DNA of 64,000 bases, from NCBI GenBank assembly GCA_002392965.1, contig DGIA01000010.1:65722-129721 (forward strand). The letters run 5' to 3'. The notes under the pieces were generated by a model. That model was not told the DNA's origin. It did no database searches and saw nothing but the letters and a program-made list of their open reading frames with translations. Each line of letters begins with the position of its first letter. The first letter of the stretch is position 1. This stretch comes from Bacteroidales bacterium UBA3834. Its GTDB lineage: Bacteria; Bacteroidota; Bacteroidia; Bacteroidales; P3. A program made the translations under genes and the position numbers. This document shows positions 27,532 to 38,218 of the stretch, piece by piece.

Positions 27532-28655
27532 TTGCCCAGCGCTTTGACGATAGCCTCTTCGATGGCGGCGCCGCGCAAGTCGCGGGCCAGGATGGTGCCG
27601 TCAGGGCCGATGAGCATAATCTGCGGGATGCCGTTGACGCCGTAGGTGTCGGTTGCGGTGCGGGTGCTATCGACCAGTTGGGGATAGGTGATGCCGAGGT
27701 CGGCCATCACCTTCTCATGGGCGGCCTTGCGGGCTGCCGCATCGCCGCGTTCCCACACGTTGAGGCCCACGATGACGAGACCTTTCTTCTGGTATTTCTT
27801 CCACAGCGGCACCAGATGGTCCTTGATTTCAGCACGGCAGGGACCGCACCAGCTGGCATAGAAATCCACCAATGCCAGCTTGCCGTCGATGAGGTCGCTC
27901 AGCTTGCCGTCCATGCCTTGGATGTCGGTGTAATGCTTTCCGGCCGAGGTGGCGTCGATGGCTCGCAGCTGGCTGAGGCGAGCTTGCACTTGTTTGCTGT
28001 TGGCTACATTGGGCGAAGCTGTACGGACGATGCTGTCAAGCTCGTTATAGGTGAACTCGCCCACTTGTACGATATCCTCCATGGCCATCACGCCCAGCAG
28101 GTTGTCCTTGTTCTCGTTATAGAGTTTCCAGTTGGCTTCGAGCATGCGCGCGTTGCCCAGGGCTTCGAGGCTGTCGAGCACACGCTCGGCATCGGCGCGC
28201 TCTTGAGCATTGGTGGCAGCGTAGTAGAGGGGGAGCCATTCTTCCATACCCTCCTCGACATCGCTCAGTTCGAGGCTGTGTTTGAAGGCAAAATACTTGT
28301 CGTTGAGAGGAGTGCCGCCAATGCTGTCGTTCACAATGACGATGTTGCCGGGTTCCACTACGACATAGAGAAAGTAGGGCAGGTTGGGGCCGCCGATGGC
28401 AGCCATCCAGGGCTCCTCGACAGTGCCGCGGAAGGAGAACTTGCCGTTGGCCACGACGACGCTGTCCACGGGGCCTTCGCCATCGCTGCATGTTCCGGTT
28501 GCACCGGCATTAGACACATTAAGCATATACAGCTGTTGGCCTTCCAGTTCGGGGAGATCCACGTTGCCGTTGACGGTGAACTGATTCTTGTTGCCACAAC
28601 TGGTCAGAAGACTGAGTAATATTGTGGCACAGATGATTACATTGTATTTTTTCAT
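27528..28655 (-). CDS. TlpA-family thiol:disulfide oxidoreductase lipoprotein (thioredoxin fold)
   Basis: Lipobox LLTSC. Thioredoxin motif FYASWCGPC in the C-terminal domain. Start set at ATG 28655, downstream of the -7 box. Confidence 0.85.
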   Translation of the reverse strand: MKKYNVIICATILLSLLTSCGNKNQFTVNGNVDLPELEGQQLYMLNVSNAGATGTCSDGEGPVDSVVVANGKFSFRGTVEEPWMAAIGGPNLPYFLYVVVEPGNIVIVNDSIGGTPLNDKYFAFKHSLELSDVEEGMEEWLPLYYAATNAQERADAERVLDSLEALGNARMLEANWKLYNENKDNLLGVMAMEDIVQVGEFTYNELDSIVRTASPNVANSKQVQARLSQLRAIDATSAGKHYTDIQGMDGKLSDLIDGKLALVDFYASWCGPCRAEIKDHLVPLWKKYQKKGLVIVGLNVWERGDAAARKAAHEKVMADLGITYPQLVDSTRTATDTYGVNGIPQIMLIGPDGTILARDLRGAAIEEAIVKALGK

Positions 28656-28679
28656 GATGGTTTTGTTGATTCTGAAGTG

Positions 28680-28687
28680 CAAAGATA
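28680..28687 (-). promoter_or_regulatory. -7 box (TATCTTTG on the minus strand) upstream of the operon of TlpA-like gene, outer-membrane protein gene, ribF and amidase gene
   Basis: Exact match 24 nt upstream of ATG 28655. Confidence 0.55.
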
Positions 28688-28757
28688 CATTTTTTTTTAT
28701 AATTGGCAGCGCCTTTTTATATTGCTATAACCTTAAAATGGAGAGCCATCGTTGTAT

Positions 28758-28831
28758 GGTACCCTTAGGTTGCACTTAGGTTATACCTAGGTTACACTTA
28801 GGTTATACCTAGGTTACGCTCAGGGTATAGC
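28758..28831. repeat. Tandem array, 11-bp period with 22-bp higher order (GGTTACACTTAGGTTATACCTA)
   Basis: Read directly. Lies in the divergent intergenic region between the TlpA-like operon and ORF 28944. Confidence 0.9.
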
Positions 28832-28911
28832 AGAAATGCAACGATGTGAAGGCCATAGGGGCGGCGGCGGATGATAATTGTTAAAAAAACGTGCATGTTG
28901 TTTTTTTTGTT

Positions 28912-28919
28912 TACCTTTG
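28912..28919 (+). promoter_or_regulatory. -7 box (TACCTTTG) upstream of ORF 28944-30254
   Basis: Exact match 24 nt upstream of ATG 28944. Confidence 0.5.
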
Positions 28920-28943
28920 CATTTTCAAAAGTGTAGTGAGGAG

Positions 28944-30254
28944 ATGATTATGATAGAACGCAGAATGCTGACAATGAGTTTGAAATGGGTGATTCCGCTG
29001 ATGGTGGCAGTCGCCTTTTCGCTGCAATTGCCGGCGCAACAGTCGGGTCTCTATGTTCCCTCAGCCAAGCCGGTACGTAATATGCAGAAGGCTTTGACCA
29101 ATCCTGAGGTGTTCCACCTGCTGCTCAAGTGCAGCGACGGGGAGGAGAGTTACTCCGAGAGGGACCTCGACTTACTTGATTCGGCCTATGGTATCGCCTT
29201 TGCGATTGACAATCCGATGTACTACACGATGACCATCGAAGGATATGGTGGTGCCGACGAAGACCTCGTCCGGAAACGGGTGGCCTCGGTTTATCGCTAT
29301 TTTGCCATGCGTAGTCATGCGGCATTTCCCATCCGGTTGGCACGCAATAAGATCCATTGCTCGTGTCAAGGCGATACTTCCGAGGTGTTGCGCTTCGAGG
29401 TGCCGGTGACGATGTCGGTTTATAACGTGGCTGAGTTGCCCGAGGCCAGACGACTTCTGAACAAGAGCATCGATCTTGAAGGCACGGTGCTGGTCACCTT
29501 CCGCAACAATCCCGACGAGTGTGTTGGTTCCGCACGTGGATGTTATGTGCCGCAACACGACACAGTGGTGCGCGGCTACTATTCCTCGCTGCTACTCGGC
29601 AAGGGTTCTGTCTATGCAGTAGATAACACGAAGGATACCTGCCCGGGGGGCATGAGTATCAAGATGGAAGACCATCTGAACTATCGCAATGTGGTGGAGT
29701 CCTATCATCTGATACCTCATCGCAAGCAACTGCTGGTAATGGCCGGATATATCGTGGTTACTGCCCAGTTGCCGGTGAAGGCCGACTCATGTACCGAGGC
29801 CCAGAAGGACAGTATCTTTGTCCGCATCCCGGTCACACAGGAGCAGATTGACGCCAAGCTGAAGTTCTTTGCCAAAGTGAGAACGGCAAAAGGAGTGGAG
29901 TACAAGCAACTGCCTACGCGCAAGATGCCCGGCAAAGGACAGCTCGGCCTGCAGGCACCGGTGAATATCACCCAGCTGGACACCATCTACCTCGGCAAAC
30001 GCATACAGGACAAGGAGGTGTCGAAATATTTCTACGAAGTGAACAGCCCCACCGAGGCGTCGGCTTTCTCTGTGGGCAGCCGGTTCTACGTGGCGTCGCG
30101 GCCCGACAAGAACGGTGAACCTGAGTTGAAGAAACCTTTGCGGCAGCTGTTCCGCATCGTGCCTGAGCAGGAGGACGAGGCCCCCTTTGCAGGCAAGTCC
30201 GGAAGGGGTAAGGATAAACGCAAAGTGATGAATCCTGAAGAAATAATTGATTGA
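28944..30254 (+). CDS. Hypothetical secreted protein
   Basis: Long ORF with codon usage like its neighbours. Signal-like MSLKWVIPLMVAVAFSLQLPAQQ. Start is uncertain (ATGs at 28944, 28950, 28965 and 28974), and the track start 28878 lies upstream of the -7 box. Confidence 0.5.
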   Translation: MIMIERRMLTMSLKWVIPLMVAVAFSLQLPAQQSGLYVPSAKPVRNMQKALTNPEVFHLLLKCSDGEESYSERDLDLLDSAYGIAFAIDNPMYYTMTIEGYGGADEDLVRKRVASVYRYFAMRSHAAFPIRLARNKIHCSCQGDTSEVLRFEVPVTMSVYNVAELPEARRLLNKSIDLEGTVLVTFRNNPDECVGSARGCYVPQHDTVVRGYYSSLLLGKGSVYAVDNTKDTCPGGMSIKMEDHLNYRNVVESYHLIPHRKQLLVMAGYIVVTAQLPVKADSCTEAQKDSIFVRIPVTQEQIDAKLKFFAKVRTAKGVEYKQLPTRKMPGKGQLGLQAPVNITQLDTIYLGKRIQDKEVSKYFYEVNSPTEASAFSVGSRFYVASRPDKNGEPELKKPLRQLFRIVPEQEDEAPFAGKSGRGKDKRKVMNPEEIID

Positions 30255-30257
30255 ACA

Positions 30258-31076
30258 ATGGCATACTTACAAACGGATGTTACGAAAGTAACGACACGTG
30301 TATTGCAGAATATGAAACTCCACGGCGAGAAAATCGCCATGTTGACGGCGTACGACTATTCGATGGCCTCGCTGCTGGAGAGTACCAAGATTGATGTGGT
30401 GTTGGTTGGTGACTCGGCCGCCAATGTGATGGAAGGCCACAAAACCACCCTCCCTATCACGCTTGACGAGATGATTGTCTATGCCACCTCGGTGGTGCGC
30501 GCCATCAACCGGGCCCTTGTGGTGGTGGATATGCCTTTTGGCACCTATCAGGGCAACTCGAAGCAGGCTCTGGCTTCGGCTATTCGTATCATGAAAGAGA
30601 CGGGGGCCGACGCCATCAAACTGGAAGGCGGTGAGGAGGTGCTGGAAAGTGTGCAGCGCATTCTTTCGGCAGGTATTCCGATAATGGGTCATCTTGGCTT
30701 GACTCCGCAGAGTATCAATAAATTTGGTACCTATGCTGTGCGTGCCACAGAACAAGAAGAGGCCGACCGGGTGAAGAAAGATGCCTTGATATTGCAGGAG
30801 GCGGGGTGCTTCGCACTGGTGCTGGAGAAGATCCCGGCCAAGCTGGCTGGCGAGATCACTTCCGAATTGAAGATTCCGACCATCGGTATCGGTGCGGGAC
30901 AGCAGACGGACGGTCAGGTGTTGGTGCTGCAGGATATGCTGGGCATCACACGCCAGTTCAAGCCGCGCTACTTACGCACCTATGGCACTTTCGGGGAGGA
31001 TATCGCCAATGCTGTCCGCCATTACATCAGCGATGTGAAGAGCGGAGATTTCCCCAGCGAGAAAGAGCAATATTAA
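30258..31076 (+). CDS. panB: 3-methyl-2-oxobutanoate hydroxymethyltransferase
   Basis: MLTAYDY, VGDS, KLEGG and GHLGLTPQS motifs. 272 aa. Confidence 0.95.
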   Translation: MAYLQTDVTKVTTRVLQNMKLHGEKIAMLTAYDYSMASLLESTKIDVVLVGDSAANVMEGHKTTLPITLDEMIVYATSVVRAINRALVVVDMPFGTYQGNSKQALASAIRIMKETGADAIKLEGGEEVLESVQRILSAGIPIMGHLGLTPQSINKFGTYAVRATEQEEADRVKKDALILQEAGCFALVLEKIPAKLAGEITSELKIPTIGIGAGQQTDGQVLVLQDMLGITRQFKPRYLRTYGTFGEDIANAVRHYISDVKSGDFPSEKEQY

Positions 31077-31360
31077 TTAAGGATTTCAGATGTGAGTTCC
31101 TTGCTGAGCAGGGCCTGGTGCATAGGCAGCAGGTCGCTGTAGGAACCTTGTTTGACGACGCATGAACCGTGGCAATGCACGAGGATGGCGCATTGTTCGG
31201 CTTGTTCCTCGGTGTGGCGGCAGATGTCAACCAACGCTTTGATGACATAGTCGAAGGTGTGCACGTCATCGTTGTAGAGCACCAGAGAGCAACCGCTGTC
31301 CTCGAGAGTGTCCACTTCTTCGTCCGCCTGGGGACTTACGTATGGTTTCTGCTCACTCAT
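31073..31360 (-). CDS. clpS: ATP-dependent Clp protease adaptor ClpS
   Basis: [14 protein letters not shown]...EQA....VH..G core. Start set at ATG 31360, forming an ATGA overlap with the ispF stop. Confidence 0.9.
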   Translation of the reverse strand: MSEQKPYVSPQADEEVDTLEDSGCSLVLYNDDVHTFDYVIKALVDICRHTEEQAEQCAILVHCHGSCVVKQGSYSDLLPMHQALLSKELTSEILN

Positions 31361-31830
31361 GAATTTTCGATTAATGCAACGCATTGTGCGCTGATACCCT
31401 CTTCTCGGCCTTCGAAACCGAGATGTTCGGTGGTAGTGGCTTTGACGGATACTTGGTTGATGTCGATACCCAGAGTGTCGGCTATATTTTTCCGCATGAG
31501 AGGTATGTGCGGAGCCATCTTGGGACGTTGGGCGACGATGGTAGCGTCGATGTTGGCAATGTGATAGCCGTGGGTAGATAGAAGATGGGCAACATGTGCC
31601 AAAAGTTTGAGGCTGCTGATGCCTTTGTACTGTGGGTCAGTATCGGGAAAATGCTTGCCGATGTCGCCCAATGCGGCGGCGCCGAGGAGGGCATCGCAGA
31701 TGGCGTGGAGCAAAACATCGGCATCGCTATGGCCAATCAGGCCATGGGTGTGCGGAATTTTCACGCCGCCAATCCATAATGGCAGACCTTCGCCCAACGC
31801 GTGAACGTCATATCCGGTACCGATTCTCAT
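31357..31830 (-). CDS. ispF: 2-C-methyl-D-erythritol 2,4-cyclodiphosphate synthase
   Basis: [28 protein letters not shown] and GDIG..FPDTD. 157 aa. Confidence 0.96.
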   Translation of the reverse strand: MRIGTGYDVHALGEGLPLWIGGVKIPHTHGLIGHSDADVLLHAICDALLGAAALGDIGKHFPDTDPQYKGISSLKLLAHVAHLLSTHGYHIANIDATIVAQRPKMAPHIPLMRKNIADTLGIDINQVSVKATTTEHLGFEGREEGISAQCVALIENS

Positions 31831-33002
31831 TCTGTGGGTTTCAAGTCCAGCGAAAGCTGGATGCGTATGGTGTTGGCTAGAGGATTGGTGGAAAGTTTGG
31901 TGGTAGGGATGAGGTATGCGAAGTCGAAGGAAATGATGTTGTAGCGTAGCCCCACGCCGACAGTGGCATATTGGCGCCCACCTTTGTTCTCATGTTCGAA
32001 AAAGTAGCCGGCACGCACCGCGAATGTTTCGGCATACCAATATTCGGCACCGGCCGAGAGTTGGACTTCCTGCAACTCCTCGTTGAATCCGCCGGGGGCG
32101 TCGCCGAAGCTTTGGATGGCGCCGGCGATGACTCCGATATTGTTGTATTCGGTGAGCGACTGGATGCTGTCGATGCTATAGGTACGGAATTTAGGTGTGG
32201 GAACCAGCAGTTTGTTAAGGTCGAGCAGTACAGAAATCTTGTTGTAGTCGTCAATCTTGTTGGTGTAACGTCCACCGACACGAAGGTTGGCAGGCAGGAA
32301 CTCTTGGTTGTTGTTGTCCTCGCTGTAGCGCAACTTGGCACCGAGGTTGGAAATAAAGGCGCCGAGGGCATAGTTTTGGGATTTGTCGATGGTGTTCTGG
32401 TAGTAAAGACCGATGTCGGCGGCTACCGAGTTGGCAGCGTGGCTGGTGGAATTCCCGCTTTCGCCGTAGATGGTTTGGCCATTGGTAAGGTCGCTGCGAA
32501 TGAAGCGTCCTGAAGCACCAAGGGAGAGATTGTCGGTGACTTTCAAAGCATAGGTGAGGTCGAAAGCAAGTTCGTTCGGGTGCAGGTCGGTGACCTTGTT
32601 GCCTTCGATGTCAGTCATCTCAATATCACCGAGGGTGAAATAGGTGAGGCTGGCAGCCACAGTGCCACGGCTGCCCAGATGGTAGTAGCCACCAAGGTAG
32701 AGCAGGTCCATATCGCCTACCTTGAGGTTACGCAGCCACGGGGTAAAGGTGGTGCTGATGCCGAAAGTGTTTTCTGTGAATGCGAATTTGGCGTTGTTCC
32801 AGTGAGCCGAATAGGCGTCGGGAGTCGATGCCACACCGACGTCGCCCATACCACTCGACACGGCGTCGGGGGCGATGAGCAGAATAGGCATACCGGTGGA
32901 AATGTAGTTTTGTTTGCTGACCTGCCCCAACCAGGAAGTTTGTTGTGCGTAGTGTGTGCTTCCCAGTGCGAGTAATAAGGTCAAAAGGCACAGTTTCTTC
33001 AT
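31827..33002 (-). CDS. porV: T9SS outer-membrane channel protein PorV (LptO)
   Basis: 391 aa with signal peptide and the N-terminal block [18 protein letters not shown] typical of PorV. It lies directly downstream of porU, as in Porphyromonas gingivalis. Confidence 0.8.
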   Translation of the reverse strand: MKKLCLLTLLLALGSTHYAQQTSWLGQVSKQNYISTGMPILLIAPDAVSSGMGDVGVASTPDAYSAHWNNAKFAFTENTFGISTTFTPWLRNLKVGDMDLLYLGGYYHLGSRGTVAASLTYFTLGDIEMTDIEGNKVTDLHPNELAFDLTYALKVTDNLSLGASGRFIRSDLTNGQTIYGESGNSTSHAANSVAADIGLYYQNTIDKSQNYALGAFISNLGAKLRYSEDNNNQEFLPANLRVGGRYTNKIDDYNKISVLLDLNKLLVPTPKFRTYSIDSIQSLTEYNNIGVIAGAIQSFGDAPGGFNEELQEVQLSAGAEYWYAETFAVRAGYFFEHENKGGRQYATVGVGLRYNIISFDFAYLIPTTKLSTNPLANTIRIQLSLDLKPTE

Positions 33003-33053
33003 TCTTGATGGATTGTTTGTGCTAAATAACGGAATGTGTATTTTTTTATTGTA

Positions 33054-36000
33054 TCAACGAACTACACATTTTGTTGTTCTCTGTTGCACTGTGCCGTCAC
33101 TGTCGGTCACAATGATTCGGGCAAGGTAGAGCCCTGGTGGCACAGCCCCGAGGTCCCATACCACAGGTCCTACTACGTAGCCATCGGCCGAAAGAGGTGG
33201 GGTTTGGGTGGCGACAATCTGTCCATAGGAGTTGAAAATCTGTAGCTCGGCAGTGGCAACACGGGCGCTGTTGTTCACCTCCAGCATGAATCGGGCACTG
33301 CCGGATGCTGGATTGGGCCAGCAGTGCAGGTCTGAGATGTTGAGAGTATCGGCGTTTTGTACGGTGAAATTGATGGTGGCTGAAGCCGAGATGCCGTAAA
33401 TGTTCCATGCCTTGAGGGTCAGTGTATGTTTGCCGGGGTCCAGGTCGCGGAAAGAATAAACTACCGTGCCGCTGCCCACCTGTGCCAAGTCGGGTTGGAA
33501 CAGGTCGTTGAGCACCACCAGGCTCCCAGGGTTGTCGTCGAGCACGGCGGTGATATCATGCCCGAGGCCGGCGCCGGCATTGATGCCTGCCGAGTCGCAG
33601 AGGAGTGCAATCAAGGTGGGATTGTTGTCGGTCAACCCGCCCGAGCGGAAATGAGTGTCTCCGATAAAGAGTTGTATGGTGGGGGCGAGGGTGGAAATAT
33701 CGGCTGTGTCGTTCATTCCGCCCAGTAGTAAGCGGCTATAGCAACCTGTGGCATGGTCGTAGGCCGATCGGGCATAGTGGCTCAGCTTGGCATAATCGTA
33801 TTGATATGCAACATCCTTGGGCACGATGAAGGAGTATTCGAATTGTCCTTCGGATACCGGGTGGCTGCCTCGATAGATGATGTTTTTCTGTTGGGTAAAG
33901 CTCACCTCGGTGCCTGGATTGTCGTTGGCCAAGGTCTTGGTTATTACAGTCCGGTCGAAAACGATAGGGTACAATGTGCCTTCGAAGTCGTCAATTCTCT
34001 GTCCCGATGTGTCTTGAATTTCGCCGCTTATGGTGACCCGGGAGAGCACTGTGGCTGTGTCGTCCACTCCCTCAGTGACGGGCTGTCGGTTGATCTGCGT
34101 CACTACCACCCGGTTTTCAGGTTGGCTGAGGTGCAGGGCAGGGTCACCGATGAGGTTGATGCAAGGCGACACGGTGGAGGTGCGGTTTTTGGCCATGCGC
34201 AAGGCGTCGCCGATGGTGTATCGTGGGTCGAGGGCAAAGCGTACTACGTCGTTGTTGAAGCGTTCTGTATGGCTGATAGGTCGCGAGGAACTGACCACGC
34301 CGATGAAAGCCGCCGGGGCCAGAATGCACGCTTCCGATCCGCACAAGCCGTCCAGATTATCATATCGGCCGTAGGAACAGGTGCTTGTCACAAACAGCGG
34401 CAACCGGTCTGTGTTGCCGTAGGAGGCGATGTCGCTGAATTCCATATATCGTTCGGTACCCAGGTAGTTGGTCGATCCGTGACCGATATAGTTGATTAAG
34501 AGGCATCCGTTGTTCATGCGTTGGCGCAGGGCATTGTTGAGGTCTGGATAATAGGAGCCGATGGCGCCGCTGCTCTGGTGGTAGGAGTCGGCATAGAGTT
34601 TGTCAATATTGATATGTGGATGGGCATCGTTGATGCTGCGTGCCACCACTTCGCTCGAGTGGGCAAAAGCGCTGTCGTAGGGTTTCCCCGGGTCCGCGTC
34701 GTCGGCCAGCAAGGCCACGTAGTTGCGCCAATCACCCCGTTGGCGGTCGTCGGCCAAATCGCGGCGGGTCAGATACCCTTCGATTTTATCCACCAGATGG
34801 GTGGCTTCGCTCAGGTTCTTGGCGGGCAGACGTCCTACCCCCACATTCAGGGTGTCCGAACTGCCTCCACGGGCGTTCTCTCCCAGATATCCCATCATGT
34901 CGTCGCTGCTGTAGGACATGCCGTCCTCGTCGAAAGAGTAGGTGGTTTCGTATGTGACCACGGTGGGTAGGCTGTTTCCCAGCAGGTCCCGATTGTCATA
35001 GGTGCCTTTGCCCATCAGCAGCAGGTAGCGTGGCGCATGTTCTGGATGCGAGGCCTTGAGGTGGCGCAACAGCGAGCGGATGGCCATAGGGTCGGCCTTG
35101 CCCGAAGAGAACTCGTTGAATACCTGGACGTCGGTGGTTACCAGGACATCCATGCCGTCGAACAGTTCGTGCAGCATGGCCACCCGCTGGGCTTGCGACA
35201 GCAGCGATGGATGGCTCACCACCACCAGGTCGGCGGCAGCGCTGCCATGCAGGTTCTGGTTGGCCAAGGATGAAATGGAGGCGGGGGTCAGATAGAGGCT
35301 TCCGTCGAAAGCGACATAGCATCTCGCTTCGTCGGTGTTGTCGCTCCATGTTCCCGAGGTGACAGCTATTTCCCGTTCCTCTCCGGCATGGGTCACGTCC
35401 CACACACGTAGCCCCGAAGGGGCATTGCCCATGCGGAAGCGTGCTGCTCCGCCCAAGGCTTGGTCGTTGCGCACCATCAGCTGGCCGCTTCCGAATGTCA
35501 GCGGCGCATGGCTGTTGAGTTCGATGAAATCCAGATAGCCTGCTGCCGAGCTCTCGTTCGGGTTGTATGAGAGGTTGAAGGTGAATGAACTTGCCGTTGT
35601 GTTGATTTCGTCCAGGGTGGTTACATGCACTGTCCGGTTGGGGATGGAAACGGTGTTGGAATAGTTGGTGGTGCCGATGCTGAAAGAGGCTGTGAGCGTG
35701 CTTTTGCTGGCCAACGCATAGCGCAGCCGCACTCGTCCGTCCGCGTTTCCGGCCACGCTCAGGTTGAAACTACGGCTCGGTATCGAAGAGTTGAACTTCT
35801 CGCCCATCCACAACTGCCCTGTGCCAAAGATGTTCACCAAATCGTTGTCGATATGGGTCACCGAGGTGAACGAGGTCACTTCCGAGGTGGCTTCGGGCAC
35901 GTTGCCAGACACAGCGATGTGACGCACGGTGGTGGCCGAAGTGGTCAGGTAGTAGTAGTTGCACGTGGCGTAGGCATGATGTTCAAACTCCCATCGGTCG

Positions 36001-36356
36001 TCGTTTTGTGAATAACTCCATTTTTCGGCACCTTCACCGAAGAAAAGCACTTCGTCGCCGCTGTCGAAACGTCCGTTGCCGTTGTTGTCCCGCACGTCGA
36101 TGGTCACGGGCTGCAAGTCGGCATAGGAGGTCTGACGGTTGTCGATGGAGAGCATGCCGCCTCCGCGTCCGAAAAGGCCGATGCTGTCGATGCTTGTTCC
36201 CTGCAGCGCAGGCAGGTCGCTCACCGTCAGGCGGTACATGCCTGCCTGCGTCGCCGTCAGTCGCCACCACCGGCCTGTGGCCAGTACCGAGGCCTCCTGG
36301 GCTTCGACGCACAACGCCGCCATACACAGCATCAGATATATAATAATCCTCTTCAA
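33054..36356 (-). CDS. porU: T9SS C-terminal signal peptidase/sortase PorU (peptidase C25-like)
   Basis: 1100 aa with signal peptide. Gingipain/C25-like central region (YLLLMGKGTYD...INYIGHGS...VTSTCSYG) and its own C-terminal beta-sandwich. Adjacent to porV. Confidence 0.8.
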   Translation of the reverse strand: MKRIIIYLMLCMAALCVEAQEASVLATGRWWRLTATQAGMYRLTVSDLPALQGTSIDSIGLFGRGGGMLSIDNRQTSYADLQPVTIDVRDNNGNGRFDSGDEVLFFGEGAEKWSYSQNDDRWEFEHHAYATCNYYYLTTSATTVRHIAVSGNVPEATSEVTSFTSVTHIDNDLVNIFGTGQLWMGEKFNSSIPSRSFNLSVAGNADGRVRLRYALASKSTLTASFSIGTTNYSNTVSIPNRTVHVTTLDEINTTASSFTFNLSYNPNESSAAGYLDFIELNSHAPLTFGSGQLMVRNDQALGGAARFRMGNAPSGLRVWDVTHAGEEREIAVTSGTWSDNTDEARCYVAFDGSLYLTPASISSLANQNLHGSAAADLVVVSHPSLLSQAQRVAMLHELFDGMDVLVTTDVQVFNEFSSGKADPMAIRSLLRHLKASHPEHAPRYLLLMGKGTYDNRDLLGNSLPTVVTYETTYSFDEDGMSYSSDDMMGYLGENARGGSSDTLNVGVGRLPAKNLSEATHLVDKIEGYLTRRDLADDRQRGDWRNYVALLADDADPGKPYDSAFAHSSEVVARSINDAHPHINIDKLYADSYHQSSGAIGSYYPDLNNALRQRMNNGCLLINYIGHGSTNYLGTERYMEFSDIASYGNTDRLPLFVTSTCSYGRYDNLDGLCGSEACILAPAAFIGVVSSSRPISHTERFNNDVVRFALDPRYTIGDALRMAKNRTSTVSPCINLIGDPALHLSQPENRVVVTQINRQPVTEGVDDTATVLSRVTISGEIQDTSGQRIDDFEGTLYPIVFDRTVITKTLANDNPGTEVSFTQQKNIIYRGSHPVSEGQFEYSFIVPKDVAYQYDYAKLSHYARSAYDHATGCYSRLLLGGMNDTADISTLAPTIQLFIGDTHFRSGGLTDNNPTLIALLCDSAGINAGAGLGHDITAVLDDNPGSLVVLNDLFQPDLAQVGSGTVVYSFRDLDPGKHTLTLKAWNIYGISASATINFTVQNADTLNISDLHCWPNPASGSARFMLEVNNSARVATAELQIFNSYGQIVATQTPPLSADGYVVGPVVWDLGAVPPGLYLARIIVTDSDGTVQQRTTKCVVR

Positions 36357-36436
36357 AATGAGTAAGAATCCCTTTGGTGCTATTAATTCTTATTTATTTA
36401 AACAGTTTCCTTAACGACTTTTCTCTTTTTTTATTG

Positions 36437-36444
36437 TATCTTTG
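36437..36444 (+). promoter_or_regulatory. -7 box (TATCTTTG) upstream of the MATE transporter gene
   Basis: Exact match 27 nt upstream of ATG 36472. Confidence 0.55.
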
Positions 36445-36471
36445 CACCGCAATATTTATGCCACACGTAGC

Positions 36472-37812
36472 ATGAACATCGAGCTATCAGGCCATTATGG
36501 CTACCGACGGATGATAAGATCGGTCCTGCCGAGCATCGCGATGGTGCTTGTGACGAGCATCTACAGCATCGTGGATGGTTTCTTTGTGGCCAATTTTGCC
36601 GGCAAGACGGGCTTTGCAGCCATCAACCTCACCTTTCCGGCCATCATGATGATAGGCTCCCTGGGATTGATGATCGGCACAGGTGGCGCAGCCCTGGTGG
36701 CGAAAATCAAAGGTGAAGGCTATCCCGAGAAGGCCAACCGTGTGTTCACCATGCTGGTGCAGTTCGGCTTGGCACTCGGGGTGCTGCTGGGCGTCGCGCT
36801 GGCCATCGGGGCACCCGTCGTGGCGCGGTGGTTGGGAGCCGACGAGCCGATGATGGACGAGTGTGTGACCTATATCCGCCTGAATATGATTGGTATGCCG
36901 GGCTTTGTGCTGCAATGTGCCTTCCAGTCGTTCTATATGGCGGCCGAACGGCCACAACTGGGTACGTTGATGTCGATAGTGGCTGGTGTGGTCAATGTGC
37001 TGCTCGATGCGGTGCTGGTGTGGGGATTGGGCTTGGGGGTGGCTGGTGCGGCGCTGGCCACTGCGGCAGGTTGCCTGGTCGGCGGCCTCTTCCCGCTCTA
37101 CTATTTCTCCTCCCGCCGCAACCGCGGGTCGCTGCGTATCATCCCGACGCGCATCCTCTGGCCTTACGTCGGCAAGGCCTGTGCCAACGGATTGTCCGAG
37201 TATGTGGGCAGTATAGCCATGAATATCGTCACCATGTGCTACAACCTGCAGCTGATGCGCTATCTGGGCGAGGACGGAGTGTCGGCCTACGGTGTGGTGA
37301 TGTACATCGCCTTCATCTTCGCCGCCGTTTTTATCGGATACAACATCGGCATCACACCCATCATCGGCTACCACTATGGTGCCGCCGACGTGCGCGAGCA
37401 ACGGTCGCTGTTCTTCAAGTCGCTGACCGTTATCGGGGTGCTGGGCGTGCTGATGACCCTCACGGCCGAACTCTTCGCCGGGCAGCTGGCAAGGGTGTTC
37501 GTGGGTTACGATGCCGACCTTACCGCCTTGACCATCAAGGCTATGCGTCTCTATATGCTGGCCTTCCTCATCACCGGATGCAATATGTTTGTCTCGGCTC
37601 TCTTCACAGGCCTGAACAACGGGGTGGTGAGCGCTGTGGCATCCTTCACCCGCACCTTGGTGTTCGAGTTGGCTTGCGTGTGGATTCTGCCTGCGCTTGT
37701 GGGCATCGACGGCATCTGGTTCTCGTGGGGTATCGCCGAGCTGCTCAGCCTCTTCCTCTGCGGTTTCCTTGTGGCCCGCTTCGCTCCGCAACTGCTACGC
37801 CGACAGAGGTAG
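36472..37812 (+). CDS. MATE-family efflux transporter
   Basis: About 446 aa with 12 predicted TM helices and a MatE-like repeat pattern. Start set at ATG 36472, downstream of the -7 box at 36437-36444. Confidence 0.88.
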   Translation: MNIELSGHYGYRRMIRSVLPSIAMVLVTSIYSIVDGFFVANFAGKTGFAAINLTFPAIMMIGSLGLMIGTGGAALVAKIKGEGYPEKANRVFTMLVQFGLALGVLLGVALAIGAPVVARWLGADEPMMDECVTYIRLNMIGMPGFVLQCAFQSFYMAAERPQLGTLMSIVAGVVNVLLDAVLVWGLGLGVAGAALATAAGCLVGGLFPLYYFSSRRNRGSLRIIPTRILWPYVGKACANGLSEYVGSIAMNIVTMCYNLQLMRYLGEDGVSAYGVVMYIAFIFAAVFIGYNIGITPIIGYHYGAADVREQRSLFFKSLTVIGVLGVLMTLTAELFAGQLARVFVGYDADLTALTIKAMRLYMLAFLITGCNMFVSALFTGLNNGVVSAVASFTRTLVFELACVWILPALVGIDGIWFSWGIAELLSLFLCGFLVARFAPQLLRRQR

Positions 37813-37847
37813 TATAACTGTTTGATAATTAATCATGAATGGCGTAT

Positions 37848-37910
37848 GACCTAGTATTGCCCTAGTATTACCCTAGTACTACCCTAGTACTACCCTAGTA
37901 TAAACCTAGG
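37848..37910. repeat. Tandem array, 11-bp period (CCTAGTATTGC / CCTAGTACTAC), about 5.5 units
   Basis: Read directly. Lies between the MATE gene stop and tRNA-Arg. Confidence 0.9.
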
Positions 37911-38087
37911 TCTTTTTGGTGTTGGATTTTGGGGAATGGAACGATAATGCACTTTGTCAATTACATTTATCTATATTTAAATATGACAATCAGTATCTGG
38001 CCGGAATATTGGGAATGATAGGGATTTGAATTTTTTTTCATCGTGACACAATAATAATTTCCAGGTCGTGTTATTATGAGCGAATCT

Positions 38088-38164
38088 GGCCCCGTAGTTC
38101 AGCTGAATAGAACGTCGGATTCCGGTTCCGAAAGTCGTGGGTTTGAATCCCGCCGGGGTCACCA
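38088..38164 (+). tRNA. tRNA-Arg (anticodon CCG)
   Basis: Hand-folded cloverleaf. Acceptor stem GGCCCCG/CGGGGTC, D stem GTTC/GAAC, anticodon stem TCGGA/TCCGA. The loop TTCCGGT gives U33 and anticodon CCG. T stem GTGGG/CCCGC with loop TTTGAAT. Discriminator A and an encoded CCA. Confidence 0.93.
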
Positions 38165-38218
38165 ATAGAGCGCCAACCGTCACTGAATATGGCAGTTGGC
38201 GCTTAATAATGAAAAGTT